DNA of 64,000 nucleotides from Hemiscyllium ocellatum (taxonomy: Eukaryota): assembly GCF_020745735.1 (NCBI RefSeq), contig NC_083409.1:6561534-6625533 (forward strand), written 5' to 3'. This document shows, piece after piece, positions 46,040-59,981 of this stretch. Position 1 is the first letter of the stretch, and each line of letters begins with the position of its first letter. Both the position numbers and the translations under genes were made by a program. A model generated the notes under the pieces. The model made no database searches and was not told the origin of the DNA. It worked only from the letters and a program-made list of their open reading frames with translations.

Positions 46040-48345
46040 ACTCTCATTTTGTGGGAACAAGAGAGACTCACGGTTGGTGTGTTGCCTCCCAAGTATCAGG
46101 GTTTGTGGTATCTCTGATCATGTTTTTCGGATCCTTGAGGGGGGAGGGGGAGCTGCCCCAAGTCATGTTCCACATAGGCACCAACCACATTGGTAGAAAG
46201 AAAGGTGGGGATTTAAGGCAGAAATTCAGGGAACTAGGGTGGAAGCTTAGAGCTAGAACAAACAGAATTGTTATCTCTGGTTTCTTGCCCGTGCTACGTG
46301 CTAGTGAAGCGAGGAACAGGGAGATAGCAGAGCTGATCATATGGCTGCAGGGATGGTGCAGGAGGAAAGGTTTTGGATTCTTGGATAGTTGGAGCTTTGT
46401 TTCTGGGGGAAGTGGGACCTCTACAAACAGGATGGCCTTCACCTGAACCAGAGGGGTAACAATATCCTGGGGTTAGAATTTGATAACGCTCTTCGGGGCT
46501 GGGGTTTAAACTAATGTTTCAGGGGGCTGGGAACCTGAATTGTAGTCCCAGTGTACAGGAGGTTGAGGGCAGTGAGGTCAGGGATAGGTTTACAAGTTTG
46601 TGAGAGAGCACCAGCAATCAGGGTGTTGGTTTGAAATGTGTGTACTGCAACTCCAAGAGCAACTAGAATAAGGTGGGTGAACTTGCAGCATAGATTGGTA
46701 CCTGGGATTTTGATATTGTGGCCATTTCGGAGACATGGTTAGAGGTCTGATAGAAATGGTTGTTCCGGGATTTAGATGTTTCAGCCAGAACAGAGATGAT
46801 GGTAACAGAGGGAGGGGTATGGCATTGTAAATCATGGGTTATATTACAGCAGCTGAGATAACATATGAGGACTCATCCATTGAGGTAGTTTGGGCTGAGG
46901 TTAGAAACAGGAAATGAGAGGTCACCCTGTTGAGAGTTTTCCATAGGCCTCCAAATTGTTCCACGTATGTAGAGGAAAGGATGGCAAAGATGATTCTCTC
47001 TAGGAGTGAGTGTAACTGGGTAGTTGTTATGGGAGACTTTAAATTCCCCAACATTGATTGGGAATACTATAGTTCAAGTAGTTTAGTTGGGCCAATTTTT
47101 GTTCAATGTGTGGAGGAGGGTTTTCTGACACAATATATAGACAGGCCAATAAGGGGTGATGCCATATTGGATTTCGTCCTGGGGAATGAAACCAGCCAGG
47201 TGTTAGATTTGGAGGTAAGGGAGCACTTTGGCGATAGTGACCACGTTTCGACTATGTTTAAAATGCCAATGGGCAGGGATAGGTGTATATTGCAGGGAAA
47301 GATGCATAACTGGGGGAAAGGCAATTATGATGTGATTAGGCTTGTTTAACAAGGGGAGTTTGGTAATTATACGCCAGTGAGCCTTACTTCGGTTGTGGGT
47401 AAGGCATTCGAAATGATTACAAGTGATAGGATTTATAATCATCAGGATTTATAGTTTTGTGAAGGATAGGTCATGCCTAACTAACCTTATTGAGTTTTTT
47501 GACAATGTGACAAAAACAGTTAATGAAGGTAAAGTGGTTCTTGTGGTGTATGTGGACTTCAGTAAGGCATTTGATAAGCCTCCACACAGTAGGCTATTGT
47601 ACAAGATACGGAGCTTCAGGATTGAAGGTGATTGAATGAATTGGATCAGAAATTGTCAAGCTGAAAGAAGACAGAGGGTGATTGTTTGTGGGAGATGTTA
47701 ATCCTGGAGCTTAGTTACCAGAGGTGTGCTGCAAGGCTCCGTATGGAGGTCACTGCTGTTTGTCAGTTTGATAAATGATCTGGATCTGGGTACAGAAGGG
47801 TGGGGTAATAAATTTGCGGATGACACTAAGGGAGGCAGAGTTGTAGATAGTGCCAAAGCATGATGTGGGTTACAGAGGGACATAGATAAGATGCAGAGCT
47901 GGGCTGAGAAGTGGCAAATGGAATTTAATGCAGAAAAGTGTGAGGTAGTTCACTTCAGAAGGGATAACAGGAATGCATAGTACTAGGTTCATGGTAAAAT
48001 TCCTGGCAGTGTATATGAAAAGAGCAATCTCGATGTCCAGGTGCATAAATCCCTGAAGGTTACCACCCAGGTTGATAGGGTTGTTAAGAAGGGACATGGT
48101 GGGCTGGTATTTATTGGTAGGGGGATTAAGTTTCGGAGCCACGATGTCATGTTTCAGCTGTACAATGCATTGGTCAGTCCACACCTGGAGTATTGCATAT
48201 AGTTCTGGTCATCACATGAGAGGGAGGATGTGGAAGCTTTGGAAAAGGTTCAGAGGAGATTTGCAAGGACGTTGCGTGGTATGGAGGGAAGGTCTTATCT
48301 GGAAAGCCTGAAGGAACTGAGGCTGTTTTCATTGGAGAGATGAAG
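46040..48345 (+). mobile_element. Long CR1 remnant: ORF1 esterase, ORF2 endonuclease and RT, internally deleted and frameshifted
   Basis: VMFHIGTNHIGRKK..VISGFLPV; VVVMGDFKFPNIDWE; VYVDFSKAFDKPPHSRLL; KFADDTK near 47810. Confidence 0.93.
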
Positions 48346-48439
48346 GCTGATTTGCCCCTTACCAAAATACAAACCTTTATATTTATCTAAATAAACCCCA
48401 TCTCCCACTCCTCGTCCATTGGTCATCTGATCAAGCATT

Positions 48440-49030
48440 GATCATATATTATAAACCTGAGCATCTATAAGGCATTTGTGTGAACACACCTGGGGGTTAT
48501 CTCTTCTTATTTGAGGAAGGACGGGGTGGCACTGGAGGCTGTTCAATGGATGTTCCCCAGAATGATCCCAGGGATGAAAGGGCTGTCCTACGAGGAACAG
48601 GTAAAGAGCTTGGACTTGTACTCACTGGAGTTCAAAAGAACGAGGAGGGGTCTGATTGAGGGAGAGAAAATGTGAAAAGAGATTTATAAGGTGGACGTTG
48701 AATTGAAGCTCCCCTTTGTGGGACAACCTCGAACAAGAGGTCATCAATACAGAGAGAGAGGAGTTGGTTTCAAATCTAAGATGCGGAGAAACTACATCTC
48801 CCAGAGGGTTGTGAATCTGTGAAACTCAATGCCCCACAGTGCAGTTGAGGCAGAATCTATCAACAGATTCAAGAACGATGTGTTTCTGATGAAAAGTGAG
48901 ATAAAGAGCGATGGGGAGCAGGCAGGAGAGAGGAGTTGAGACCAGGATAAGATCAGCCATGGTCATGTTAAATGGCGGAGCGGGCTCGAAGGACTGAATT
49001 GCCTTCTCCCGTTCCTAACTCCTATGTTGA
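48440..49030 (+). mobile_element. CR1 3' fragment
   Basis: ..SQRVVNL*NSMP.. and a CR1 tail. Confidence 0.8.
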
Positions 49031-49349
49031 ACACACAGTCAAGACTGACACTGCAAAACTGAGGGACCTGTTGTCTTTCAGGTGAGATACAAAACACGGG
49101 TCCTGCCACAATACATCGAACTTTATTATCTCCCCCAGTGACAAATGCTGGAATTTGAATTCAAATATCAAAGCAAGCTTCATTAATGGTGACAACGATA
49201 ATGATCCCTGATTGCTGTCCAGCCTCAGCCTTACCCAGTCTGAACTTCATCTGACTCCAGCCCCTTCTGAGAAGCCACAGCAAGGCCAACAGTTCGAGGG
49301 CAATTCGTCTTGTGTAACAAATACTGATCTATACTAGTGACACCCACCT

Positions 49350-50520
49350 CCCAGATAACAGAATGCAGCAGAGATTGGTGTCAGCCACAATTATCGGACC
49401 AGACTCCCAATGAGATGGGGAAATGTTTAAAAATGAATTCAGCTCAGTATGGAACAAGTCCCCACTTGTTAACCCATCATCGCTGGCAAAATAAGTGAGA
49501 GAAAACAGAAAACTGAAGGCGAGAACACTCGAATGTGGGAATATCAGTGAGAATTCAGGCAACTGAAGGAAGATATGAAGAACTGCAAAGGAAGACAAAA
49601 TGGGAAGCAAGAGTTACAGAACGTGATGGAGAATGAGACTTGCAATGGGTCACAAGAATAACACAAATGTTTTACTTAAAAATTAGAAAATCAAGGGGGC
49701 TCCAGTGCAATGTGTGCCTTTTAAAAACAAACCGGGAATTCCATAAATAAGACTAAGGGAATGGCTGATATGTACAATAATTAGTTGTGTCAGTCTTCAC
49801 AATCAAGGAATGGGATAATGCAGCTTCCATTCCAGGGAGGTTAGTAATGAATTAAAGATTGGAATTCGCAAAACTTGATACGTGCCAGAAAACAGCATTG
49901 GAATGCGAACAGCTCTAAAGGCTGACAGGTCTCCAGGACCTTAGGAGTTTAAAGAAAGGGGGGATGAAGTTTCAGAAGCTTTTCCCTTCAGGTTCCAAAG
50001 AAGCAACCATTCCTTTATTTTGGAAGATATCCTGCTGTAACTCTGCGGGTTCAAGAAAGATGAGAGAGGGAACCGAGGAAATTATATCCTGGTCAATCTA
50101 ACATCTCTTTTGATGGTTCCATTGGAATCTATAATTAACAGCCGAGAGAATGAACATATAGAGAATTGGAAATAGCCCCCATAAATTTGTGACGGGTAGG
50201 TTCTGACTGACAAACCAAATGCATTAACTAAAAGAGTTGATCGGACTTATAGGCTTATTAGCTTCCAGAAGTACTTAATAATTTTCCACAAAACAGGATG
50301 CTGACAAATACTAAAACCCATGGGATTGAAGATGAATGTTTGACTTGGTTCAGAGGCTGGTTTAGTGACAGATAACAGAGAAAGAAAGTAACGAGTGGTG
50401 TTCCACAAGGATTCTGTGGTAAGGCCTTAACTACTTACTGTATGTGTTAATGAGAATCATTGTTCCACATTGACACAAAGACTGATGGAATAGTAAGCGG
50501 TGAAGATGGTGCTTTTGCTT
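49350..50520 (+). mobile_element. Highly decayed CR1 ORF2 fragment
   Basis: Residual GNY..VNLTS and GRFCLTN motifs. Confidence 0.55.
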
Positions 50521-50574
50521 AACATTGACTCTGAGGACATGGCTCTTGCTGTCTGGGCCAGCATTTATTGCACA

Positions 50575-50920
50575 TTCCTAGTTGCCCTTGAGAATCATAG
50601 AATCATCATATGGTGTGGAAGAAGGCCATTCAGCCCATCAACTTCTCACTAATCCACCAAAGAGCATCCCATCTCGATCATCCCCATCCCTGTAATGCTG
50701 CATTTCCCATCGATATTCAACCCTGCATGCACATCTCTGGACACAATGTGCAATTGAGCATGGCTAATCCACCTAACCTACACATCTATGGATTGTGTGG
50801 AGGAAACTCACTCAGACATGGGGAAAATGTGCAAACTCCACACAGACAGTTGTCCCAGCGTGGATTTGAACCAAGGTTCCTGGCGCTGTGAGGGAAGCAG
50901 AGTTAATCACTGACGCACAA
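50575..50920 (-). mobile_element. HE1-type SINE
   Basis: Reverse-complement SINE core GCAAACTCCACACAGAC and head. Confidence 0.8.
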
Positions 50921-51444
50921 TGCTGCCCTTTGCAAGGTGGTGGTGAGCTGCCATCTTGAACCGCTGCAGTCCATGTGCTGTAGATAAACCCACAATACCC
51001 TAAGGGAGGGAAGTCCAGGATTTTGACCCAGCGACACTGAAGGAACACTAACATATTTTCAAATCAGGATGCTATGTAGATTAGAGAGAACTTGTAGGTG
51101 GTGGTGTTCTGTGTACCTGCTGCCCTTGTCCTTCAAGATGGAAATGGGCGTGGGTTTGGAGAGTGCTGTCCCAGGAGATTGGTGAATTCCTGCAGTGCAT
51201 CTTGTTGATGGTGCACACGGCTGCAACTGAGTATCAGTGGAGGATGGAGTGAATGTTTGTAGGTGTGGTCCCAATCAAGCAGGCTGCTTTGTACTGGATG
51301 ATATCAAGCTTCTTGACTGTTTTTGGAACTGCACCCGTCCAGGTATGTGGGGAGTGATCCATCACACTCCGATCCAAAGCTTGACTGATCTTTTTTTAAT
51401 TCATTTACAGGATTGGACATCACATGATATGTCAACATTTTTTT

Positions 51445-52350
51445 GCCCAGAATCAAGTGGGGTGGCACAGAGACTAGCACCGGGAGGGACATAAGTTTGA
51501 TTCCACCCTTGGGCAGCTGATTTTGTGACGTTTACACGTTCCTCACTGTGTCTGCCTGGATTCCCTCCAGGTGATCCGGTTTCCTCCCACAGTCCAAAAA
51601 TGTGTGGGTTAGGTAGAATGGCCTTGGGAAATGCAAGGTTATAGGGAAGTGGGTTTGGGTGGGATTCTCTTTGGAGAGGCGGTATTGGCTGAATGGCCTG
51701 TTTCCACATTGTAGGGATTCTATGAATTTCTTCACTCAGAGGGTTGCGAATCTTTGGAATACCCATCCCACGATACTTAGTCGATACTTAGTCATTTGAT
51801 TAAATTCAAGATAGAGACCACCCACATGTGGGGAGGAAATAGCGTAGTGGTATCATCACGAGATTGTTAATCCAACGAGCCAAATCATGTTCTGGGGGAT
51901 CTGGGTTCAAATCCTGGCAAAGGCACGGAGTGGAGTTTAAATTTTAAAAACTCAACTTCAGAGTCTAATGATGACAATTGTTTGGGGAGTGTACCATCGA
52001 ACCCACTAATGTCCTTTACACTGCTGTCCTGCTGTCCTACTAACTGACATATCAGTCCAGACCCACAGCAATGAAGAATCATCAAATCCCTACTGTGTGG
52101 AAGAAGGCTGTTCAGCCCATCAAGGCAAAGCAGCATCTCACCCACAGCCACCTCCCTCTCCTATCCTATCCCTGGAGCCTTACACTTCCCATGGTCGATG
52201 CACCTTACCTGCACATCTTTGGACTGAGAGAGGAACCCTCCGCAGACATAGGGAGAACATGCAAACTCCACACAGACAGTTGCCTGAGGGTGGAATCGAA
52301 CGCAAGTCTCTGGTGTTGTGAGGCAGTGGTGCTAGCCATTGTGACACCCA
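51445..52350. mobile_element. SINE cluster: HE1 + (51445-51730), second tRNA-SINE + (51830-52070), HE1 - (52075-52350)
   Basis: tRNA-like heads and HE1 cores. Confidence 0.75.
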
Positions 52351-52755
52351 TTCCACATCGGAGATCGTGACGTCTAACCACTTATTCCCAGGCTGGGACT
52401 CTGCTTTAGAATTCCCAAGTCTGGGCATATCCTTCCAAAATCTACCCTGTCAGGTCCCTGGAGAATTTGAAATGTTTCAGTGAAATCTCCTCCCAACCTT
52501 CTAAATTCCAGGGATGAGATCTGCAATCTCCTCCTGGATTCACATAGAATCTGATGATAAATCCCATTCCTCACCCAGTCCCCTCTCTCGATCATGTGAC
52601 AATCCTCTCAACCCGACACATGAACTGTTGCTGGGTTTGATCATCTCAGTAACAGTTTCAAGGAGGGAAGGAGAAAGAAAGACTCTCTCTGTTTTGAATT
52701 AATGCTAAAACTTGGAAAAGTACGGAAATATTGTCACCAACAATTGTTCACATAC

Positions 52756-52880
52756 TCTTTCTATTCATCAAAGTGCTGGATGAGGTTTCTTATGAATTTC
52801 AGGAGGTCACTGGTGGTGTCCTTATATTCTTTGTTCTTGCCTTGTCTCTTGTTCGTGTCATTTAGGAGAACGACGTCATC
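52756..52880 (-). pseudogene. RNASEL: RNase L/IRE1-like KEN-domain penultimate exon with an in-frame stop
   Basis: TTCCTTCGAG| 125 nt |GTATGT. Reads [40 protein letters not shown] versus RNase L [23 protein letters not shown]. TAG at 52763-52761; the phase-2 end joins 45120 in frame. Confidence 0.85.
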
Positions 52881-53789
52881 CTCGAAGGAAATGAACAACA
52901 GAGTTTGTTTTCTCTGTTGATTGAATTCACCTGAAGAAGGGGTGAGGCTCGTGTCCTATAATAAACCTGTTGGACTATAACCTAGTTTCTTATGATTTTT
53001 GACCTTGGGGATTCCTGGATACAAGGTGTTCAGTAAAGATAAGAAAGAGAGAAAATTGCGAGAAGTGGTAGGATTGTTCTGGAGTCAGACAGTGCTGACC
53101 AACCTTAAGTCCTGAGATATGAAGAGTGAACTCTACTGGGCTTTAACTCACTGTTACCATAGTAAAACAGGGGTTACCCATTTCACAAGAGAGGAAATGG
53201 AAATAACAAACCAGGTGCATGTTAAACACCCACCCAGTCCCGGAGAGAGGGGGACACAAACAGGGGCATTCTCAGACAGAAAGAATGGTAAAAATGGTAT
53301 CACCCCGAGAGTGAAGGGTGGGGTGGGGATAGTGACAGCGACACCACACACGCCCAGAGAGTGGGGACAGTAACACTGACACATTTAAAACTATATCATC
53401 ACAAGTAAGAATTCAAACAGCCACCCACTAAGTCACACAATGTTGAAGATGCACTGTTATCATCAAAACATGTTTGCAAACGTCTTCACAACATGTAAGG
53501 GGAGAGAACCATTGAAAACTGCATTATCACGAGTGAAGGTCCATTTAAAACGTAGACCATGATGTTAAATGTTCCCAGCTGTAAACAACACTGGTGCATT
53601 GATGTAATTATCTTATTAAACAATATTTAAACCACGGCCAAATATTTTCCTGCAGTGTATTTAAAATATCAAGAGGCTTTCCGCATTGTTGGTTTGATCA
53701 GTGCCCCATGAACTCCAACAAAAGAATGAGAACAGACTCTTCATACGGAGCTGGCTCCCGAGAATCCAATTCAACAGCAGGGATCAAAG

Positions 53790-54860
53790 AACAAGGAACA
53801 ATACAACACAGGAACAGGCCTTCGGCCCGACAAGCCTCTGCTGACATATTTTGCCCTTCCATACTAAAACTATCTTCACCTACAGGATTCGTATCCCTCT
53901 ATTCCCTTCCTATTCATGCACTAGTGCAGATATTTCTTGAATACTTCTATTGTGTCTGCTTCCACCCCCTCCTCTGACAGTGTGTTCCAGGTACTCAACT
54001 CCCTTTGTGTGAAATACTGGCCTCACACATCTCTTTTAAATTGCCCCCTCCACCCGCACCTTGAACCCCGGTCCCCGAGTAAGTGATCCCTCCATCCTGG
54101 GAAAAAGCCTCATGTTTTCCACTCTACCTATGTCATTCAAAACTTAATATACTTCTATGACGTCACACTTCATTTTCCCTCACTCTGGTGAAACCAAACC
54201 CAGTCTATCCAACCTTTCTTCAGAACTAAAATTCCCCACACCAAACAATATCTATGTCAACATTTTCTGCACCATCTTCAAAACATCCACATCCTTCTGG
54301 TGGTGTGGTGACCAGAACTGTATACAATAATCCAAATGTGGCCTAACTAATGTTCAATAAGCTGCAGCATGACTTGTCTATCCTTATACTCAATGCCCCT
54401 TCCAAAGAAGGCAAGCAGGCCAAAAGCCTTTTTCAAAACCTTACTTCCCTGTGCTGCCACCTTCAGTGATCTGAGAACATACACACCCAGATCCCTATGT
54501 ATATCAATACTCCAAAGGATTCATCCGTTCACTGTATAATTCCCACCTGTACATCACCTTTCAAAATGCATCACCTTACATTTGTCTGAATTAAACTACA
54601 TCTGCCATTATTTTTGTCCATGCATCCAACTGATCTATATCCTGCTGTACCCTCTGACAATCTTTCTCAATATCTGTAACTCTACCAAACTTTGTATCAA
54701 CTGCAAACATTTAATTAGACCAGCTGCACTTTCCTCTAAACCATTTATGTAGACCACATACTGCAGAGTACCCACCACTGACCCCTGTGGGACGCTAGGA
54801 ATCACAGCCCTCCATTCTGAAAATCATCCTACCATCGCTGCTCTCTGTCTCCTCTGACTC
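53790..54860 (-). mobile_element. CR1 RT/3' fragment, paralog of 28491-29590
   Basis: Direct alignment by eye. Confidence 0.88.
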
Positions 54861-56579
54861 AGCGAGTTCTGTATCCAATGCTGGGAACATTTTAGACAAG
54901 ACACCTGGTTGCCAGATCGTTACTGCACCTTGATCCAGTTCATTCAGAAAAAGAACAATGACAATGTGCAGATTGGAGAACTGGCCCCTACACCTGGGCC
55001 TGAGGCAGGGGCCCAAGCTCCAACATACTGGCCTCACTTCACACCAGCCTTCACACAGAGTGAAGTCATGATCTCCAGCCATCAATTCCTCTGGGATCGG
55101 GATGGAGTGAGGGAACAGGGACAATGTCGAAAAGTCAATAAGGAGTAAAGCAAGATGGAGAGGGTGTGATGGAAAGTGTTTGATGGAGGAACCATTCTTT
55201 GTGATACGCAATACTGACATAGTCCATTCATATCACAGAATGAACAAAACAGCACACCGTGAAGACAATCAAACGTCTTATCAAAGCATTTCTTTTTTCG
55301 CAAAACAATAGCATGCAGAACTTTTTTATTGTGGTGTGATCAATATCATGGTCCAAAGATCCTCGCAGAGCCCCAGTTTATTACTCAGTAATGAGGGATA
55401 CCGATGGGGGGGCTGGGGTTATCTTGATGAAGAAGCAGTGCTTCAAAAACTTGTGATTTCAAATGAACCTGTTGGGCTCGAACCTGGTGTTGTGTGACTT
55501 CTGACTTCTTATTGTTCGGGCATGGTGAAACTTCGCATAACTACAGAGTACTTGTACTACAACTGAGGATTATGGGTAATTACTCCATCCATTGGCCATG
55601 AACAAACACAAACACTCCATTGGATTTCAGCGGGAATGACCTGTCAGTTGCTTCCTAGATATCATTTGATTCACTAACACTCTCTCCAGAGCAATTAGGG
55701 AAGGACCGACACATCAACACACTCCCTCCCGCCACCAATCTCAGGAGAAATTAAAATAAATGGCGTATAATGCAAATGATCAAACTGGTGAGGCTTGAAT
55801 TCATCTCTTTGAAAGACTGGAGTCTCGGGCCAGAATAGAGCCATGACATGGGTGAACCCGATTTGTCACACAGGAAGTTGGAGTGTCCTTCAGATTGACA
55901 CTGGGATCAGCAAAAAATGAATTACACTCAAAGATCTAATAAATGACTGTCAAAGTGTGCCTCCAAACTGCAGAGAACGGCTCTTTAGGCTTCACGCGTC
56001 CTCATCTCTATCCTTGGTTGTTGCCCTTCCCTAACTGTCCTGGAGAGGGCGGTGGTGAGCCATGAGTTTCTCGAAGAGGATCTGACAGAGGGACAAGGTC
56101 ATGTCCTCGGCCTGAGCACAACTGCATGACCTGCTGTGCTTTTCCAGCCTCACATTTTTTGACTCTGAGCACAATGATCCGTCAGGAGAATGAGCTGTGA
56201 TGCAAGAGGAAGCGTGGGAGTGTTGGAATGGCACCGGCAGCCTAGTCAGCCTGCAGAGGGTCAGAAACAGATTTGATGAATGAGCTGATATCCTCCCGAG
56301 CTGAGATGCAAACTCAGGCCTTCAGAGCCACACAGTTTACATTGTTACTGACTGTGGCTCCATGGGCAATGTTCCTGCCTCATCGTCAAAATGGTCATCG
56401 GATTGAAAGCCATCTCAGAAATGAGAACACAGAATCCAGGCTGAGACTGCGGTGCACTGCTGAAAGTTGCACAGTCTCTGACACCATCATTTGAGGTTCC
56501 TCCACCACCACAGGGGGCTTGACAAGATCCCATTCTGTAGAGATTCCTCAGGTATCCTGCTCAATGATGTTTGGTATGC

Positions 56580-57196
56580 TTTCTTTCATTGGTCAGAGCA
56601 TTGGGTACAGGAATTGGGAGGTCATGTAGCAGTTGTACAGGCCATTGCTTAGGCCACTGTTGGAATATTGTGTGCAATTCTCGTCTCTTCCTATCGGAAA
56701 GATGTTGTAAAACATGAAAGGGTTCAGGAAAGATTTACAAGGATGTTGCCAAGGTTGGAGGATTTGAGCTAGAGGGAGAGGCTGGACAGGCTGGGGCTGT
56801 CTTCCCTGGAGCGTTGGAGGCGGAGGGGTGACCTTATAGAGGTTTACAAAATTATCCGGGGTATGGATAGTATAAATAGGCAAAGTTGTTTCCCTGGGGT
56901 CGGGGAATCAAGAACGAGTGGGCATCGGTTTCGGGTGAGAGGGGAAAGATATAAAAGAGACCTAAGGGGCAAATCTTTCACACAGAGGGTGGTATGTGTA
57001 TGGAATGAGCTGCCAGAGGAAGTCGTTAAGGCTGGTACAATTGCAAAATCTAAGAGGCATTTGGATGGGTATATGAATAGGAAGAGTGTGGAGAGATATG
57101 GGCCGGGTTCTGGCAGGTGGGATTGATTGGGTTTTGGGATATCTGGTTGGACTGAATGGTCTGTTTCCGTGCTGTACGTCTCTATGACTCTATGAA
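56580..57196 (+). mobile_element. Young 5'-truncated CR1
   Basis: ORF 56863-57126 (GKSFTQRVVCVWNELPEEVV) and a CTATGA tail. Confidence 0.9.
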
Positions 57197-59627
57197 TAGA
57201 TTTGTATCGTCTTTGTTTCCTGTCTGTGGGACTCATCATCTTGTCTATGAAAGTGACTGCACTGTGCTCACAGCCTTCAATATCCTGAGATGATTAAACA
57301 AAACTGCACCAGCAAGACTTCTCTCTCCTTTATCATGTAGAAGCGTAAACACTGAAACTTCAGCTGAAAGGCTTTTTGCACCATTTTAACCTGCTGCCTG
57401 GGCATTTCCTTCCAATGTCTGAGATGGCTATCAGGCTGGGATGGAGGCTGACAGATCACATGGAATCCTTCAGACAAGGTATACAAGGGCACAGTCCAGG
57501 TTTGCTGCAAACATTGGTCTTCCTTCTATTGAACGGCTGGGAGCTTGTCTATGGCGGTTTCTACTGCACATCTTCCCTGGAAATATCACAGACTTTACTG
57601 AAATGGAATGAACTGAAAGAAGAGAAGAAAATGGGAAGAATTAACCAGGCAAGGGTCAGCAACAAAAAAGGTGGGAGCGTGTGGGAGATTCAATACCCTG
57701 AAAGAAATTCCAACTGAGTTTCCCAAGAAAAGCTCAAATCGTTACCAGGAGAAAACAAGGAGAATCCTCACTGACATAAACAGGCTGAGAGTCAGAGACC
57801 CTGAGCCTCCTGTGCCTGACTCTCTCTGAGGCATTACAGTCAAGGACTGTTCATGTGTCAATGAAGGGAGACTTGGTGACATGGGGTTATATTATAATCA
57901 ATGATCAGAGGGGTATAGATTAAAGATAAATGGCCAAAGGTTAAGAGGGAACATTAGGAAAACGTTTTGACCAGGATGGTGGTGGCAGTCTGGGACTCAC
58001 TCCTTGCAAGGTTGGTTGAGGCAGAACCTCTCCCATAACATTGACGTATTTTGATGTGCAGCTGTGATGCCAAAGTATACAGGGATACGGGCCAAGTGCT
58101 GGACCATGGAATTAGAATAGTGAGGTGGTTGTTTTTACTGGCTTTGACTCATTGGGCGGAAGAGCCTTGTTCTTGTAGACCTCTTTTGGATGTCTGACTC
58201 TGCCAGGACTCCAGCAATGTGGCTGACCCTTACCTGCCATTTGAAAGACCGAGCAAGCCACTCAGTTTCAGGGCAGTTAGGGATGGAGAAAAAATGCTGG
58301 TCTTGCCAGTGACACTCTCATCCCAACCTCAGTGATAACACCGTCACCTGAACCTGCAGGTTTCAAGCCCCACTCCAGACACTGGAGCACTATCCTGAGG
58401 CTGGCAAACGCAAAAATGCCATCTGCTGGATGATCGGTTAAACCACTGCCCTCAGGTCGATGTGAATAAGGTCTTTGTGGCCATCTCAGGGAAAATCTCA
58501 CCAGTGTGCTGACCAATGCTTCTCTTATAACCAATGGCATTAAAACAGATACATAAACAAAATACTGCAAATCTCAAATAGAAGAGTGATGCTGGAGAAA
58601 GGGAACAGGTGCAGCCTCTGTGGGGAGAGTTGGATTAATTTTTTGTTTTTTTCAAAAAGGCAGCACATTTTTATTTTATTTTATTTTATATTGTCTTACA
58701 TTATTTTATTTAAATCTCGTTGAAAAAAAATTAGCCCGCTTGATTGGCACCACATCCACACAAATCCATCCCCTCCACACCGACGCTCAGTCACTTCTCT
58801 GTGTATTATTTACAAGATGCACTGCAGATTCACCAAAAATCCTGAGACAACATCTTCCAAAGTCATGATTACTTAAATCAAGGACAAAGGCAGCAGATAC
58901 AATGGGAATATCACCCCAGCAAGTTCCCCTCCATGCCATTCACTAGATTGACTTGGAATAATAACACTGTTCCTACATTGTCACTGGGTCAGAATCCAGG
59001 AATTCCCTTCCTAAATGCATTGTGGATCTACCTACAGCACACAGACTGTAGGGGTTCAAGAAGGCAGCTAATCACCGCCTTGTCCAGGGCAATTAGACAT
59101 GGACAGTAAAAAGGCTGGTAAAAGTAAGAGTAGGCGTGTTTAAGGACCAGAAAGTGACACTGTGATGTTTCAGTTTTTCCTGAACATTGGTGTGACTACA
59201 TCTCAAATACTGAGGGTGGTTTGATCTCCTTATTGAAGGAAGAATATAAATGCTTTGGAGGTGTTTCAGAGGAGTTTTACTCGATAGATCCCTGGAATGA
59301 GTGGGCTGTGTGATGAGGAAAGGTTGGAAAGACTGGCCTTGTTCTCAGTGGAGTTTAGAAGAGTGAAGGATTTTCCTGTCCCATAGTATTCTCCAACTCC
59401 CTATCTGCCTCCCTCACGGGTCATACCTCATGCCCCGTATTGAACTGTGCGGTCCTGAGGCCTATAACTTTCTTCTGGAACAAAGTCTCCAGGTATCTCC
59501 GCCACTCCCGAATGTATCATTTTTTCAAATCAGCCTCCAACTGGGAGTTCTTATAGTTTTATACATTCACTACACATGTATTTACGCTGAATCATTTCAA
59601 TTAAATAAATATTTTGATCTCACTTAC

Positions 59628-59981
59628 AAATGAAAAATATCCATTTCTTCATTGGACCAGTCATTGTCTTCAATCTCTGTTTTGAAGTTTCAGTACTTTG
59701 AATTTTTAAACCTTCCCTAATGGACATGTCCTGAAGCAGTCTATTTAGAGAGTCCCTCATACTTAACAATTCCCAGCTCATCTGCTTACCAGACTCCTAT
59801 TCTCTTGTTTATCATTTTGTTTCATTCAAACCAAGTGCATGTGCAGGCTCCCCGCAGCTGAAGTGACAGTTCAAAATCAGTTTGGAAAAGTAAAGGTAGG
59901 CTCCGTCCCCGAGTTCTCCGAACTTCCACACTAACCAAACTTGCCAGCATTCCCCTCTGTGTTGGCTGCACTCAGTGCTAG
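59628..59981 (-). pseudogene. Decayed phase 1-1 exon, death-domain-like (copy 2)
   Basis: CTGCAG| 354 nt |GTAAGTGAG, no frameshift. Reads ..FGELGDGAYLYFSKLILNCHFSCGEPAHALGLNETK**TRE*ESGKQMSWELLSMRDSLNRLLQDMSIREGLKIQSTETSKQRLKTMTGPMKKWIFFI. Confidence 0.5.
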
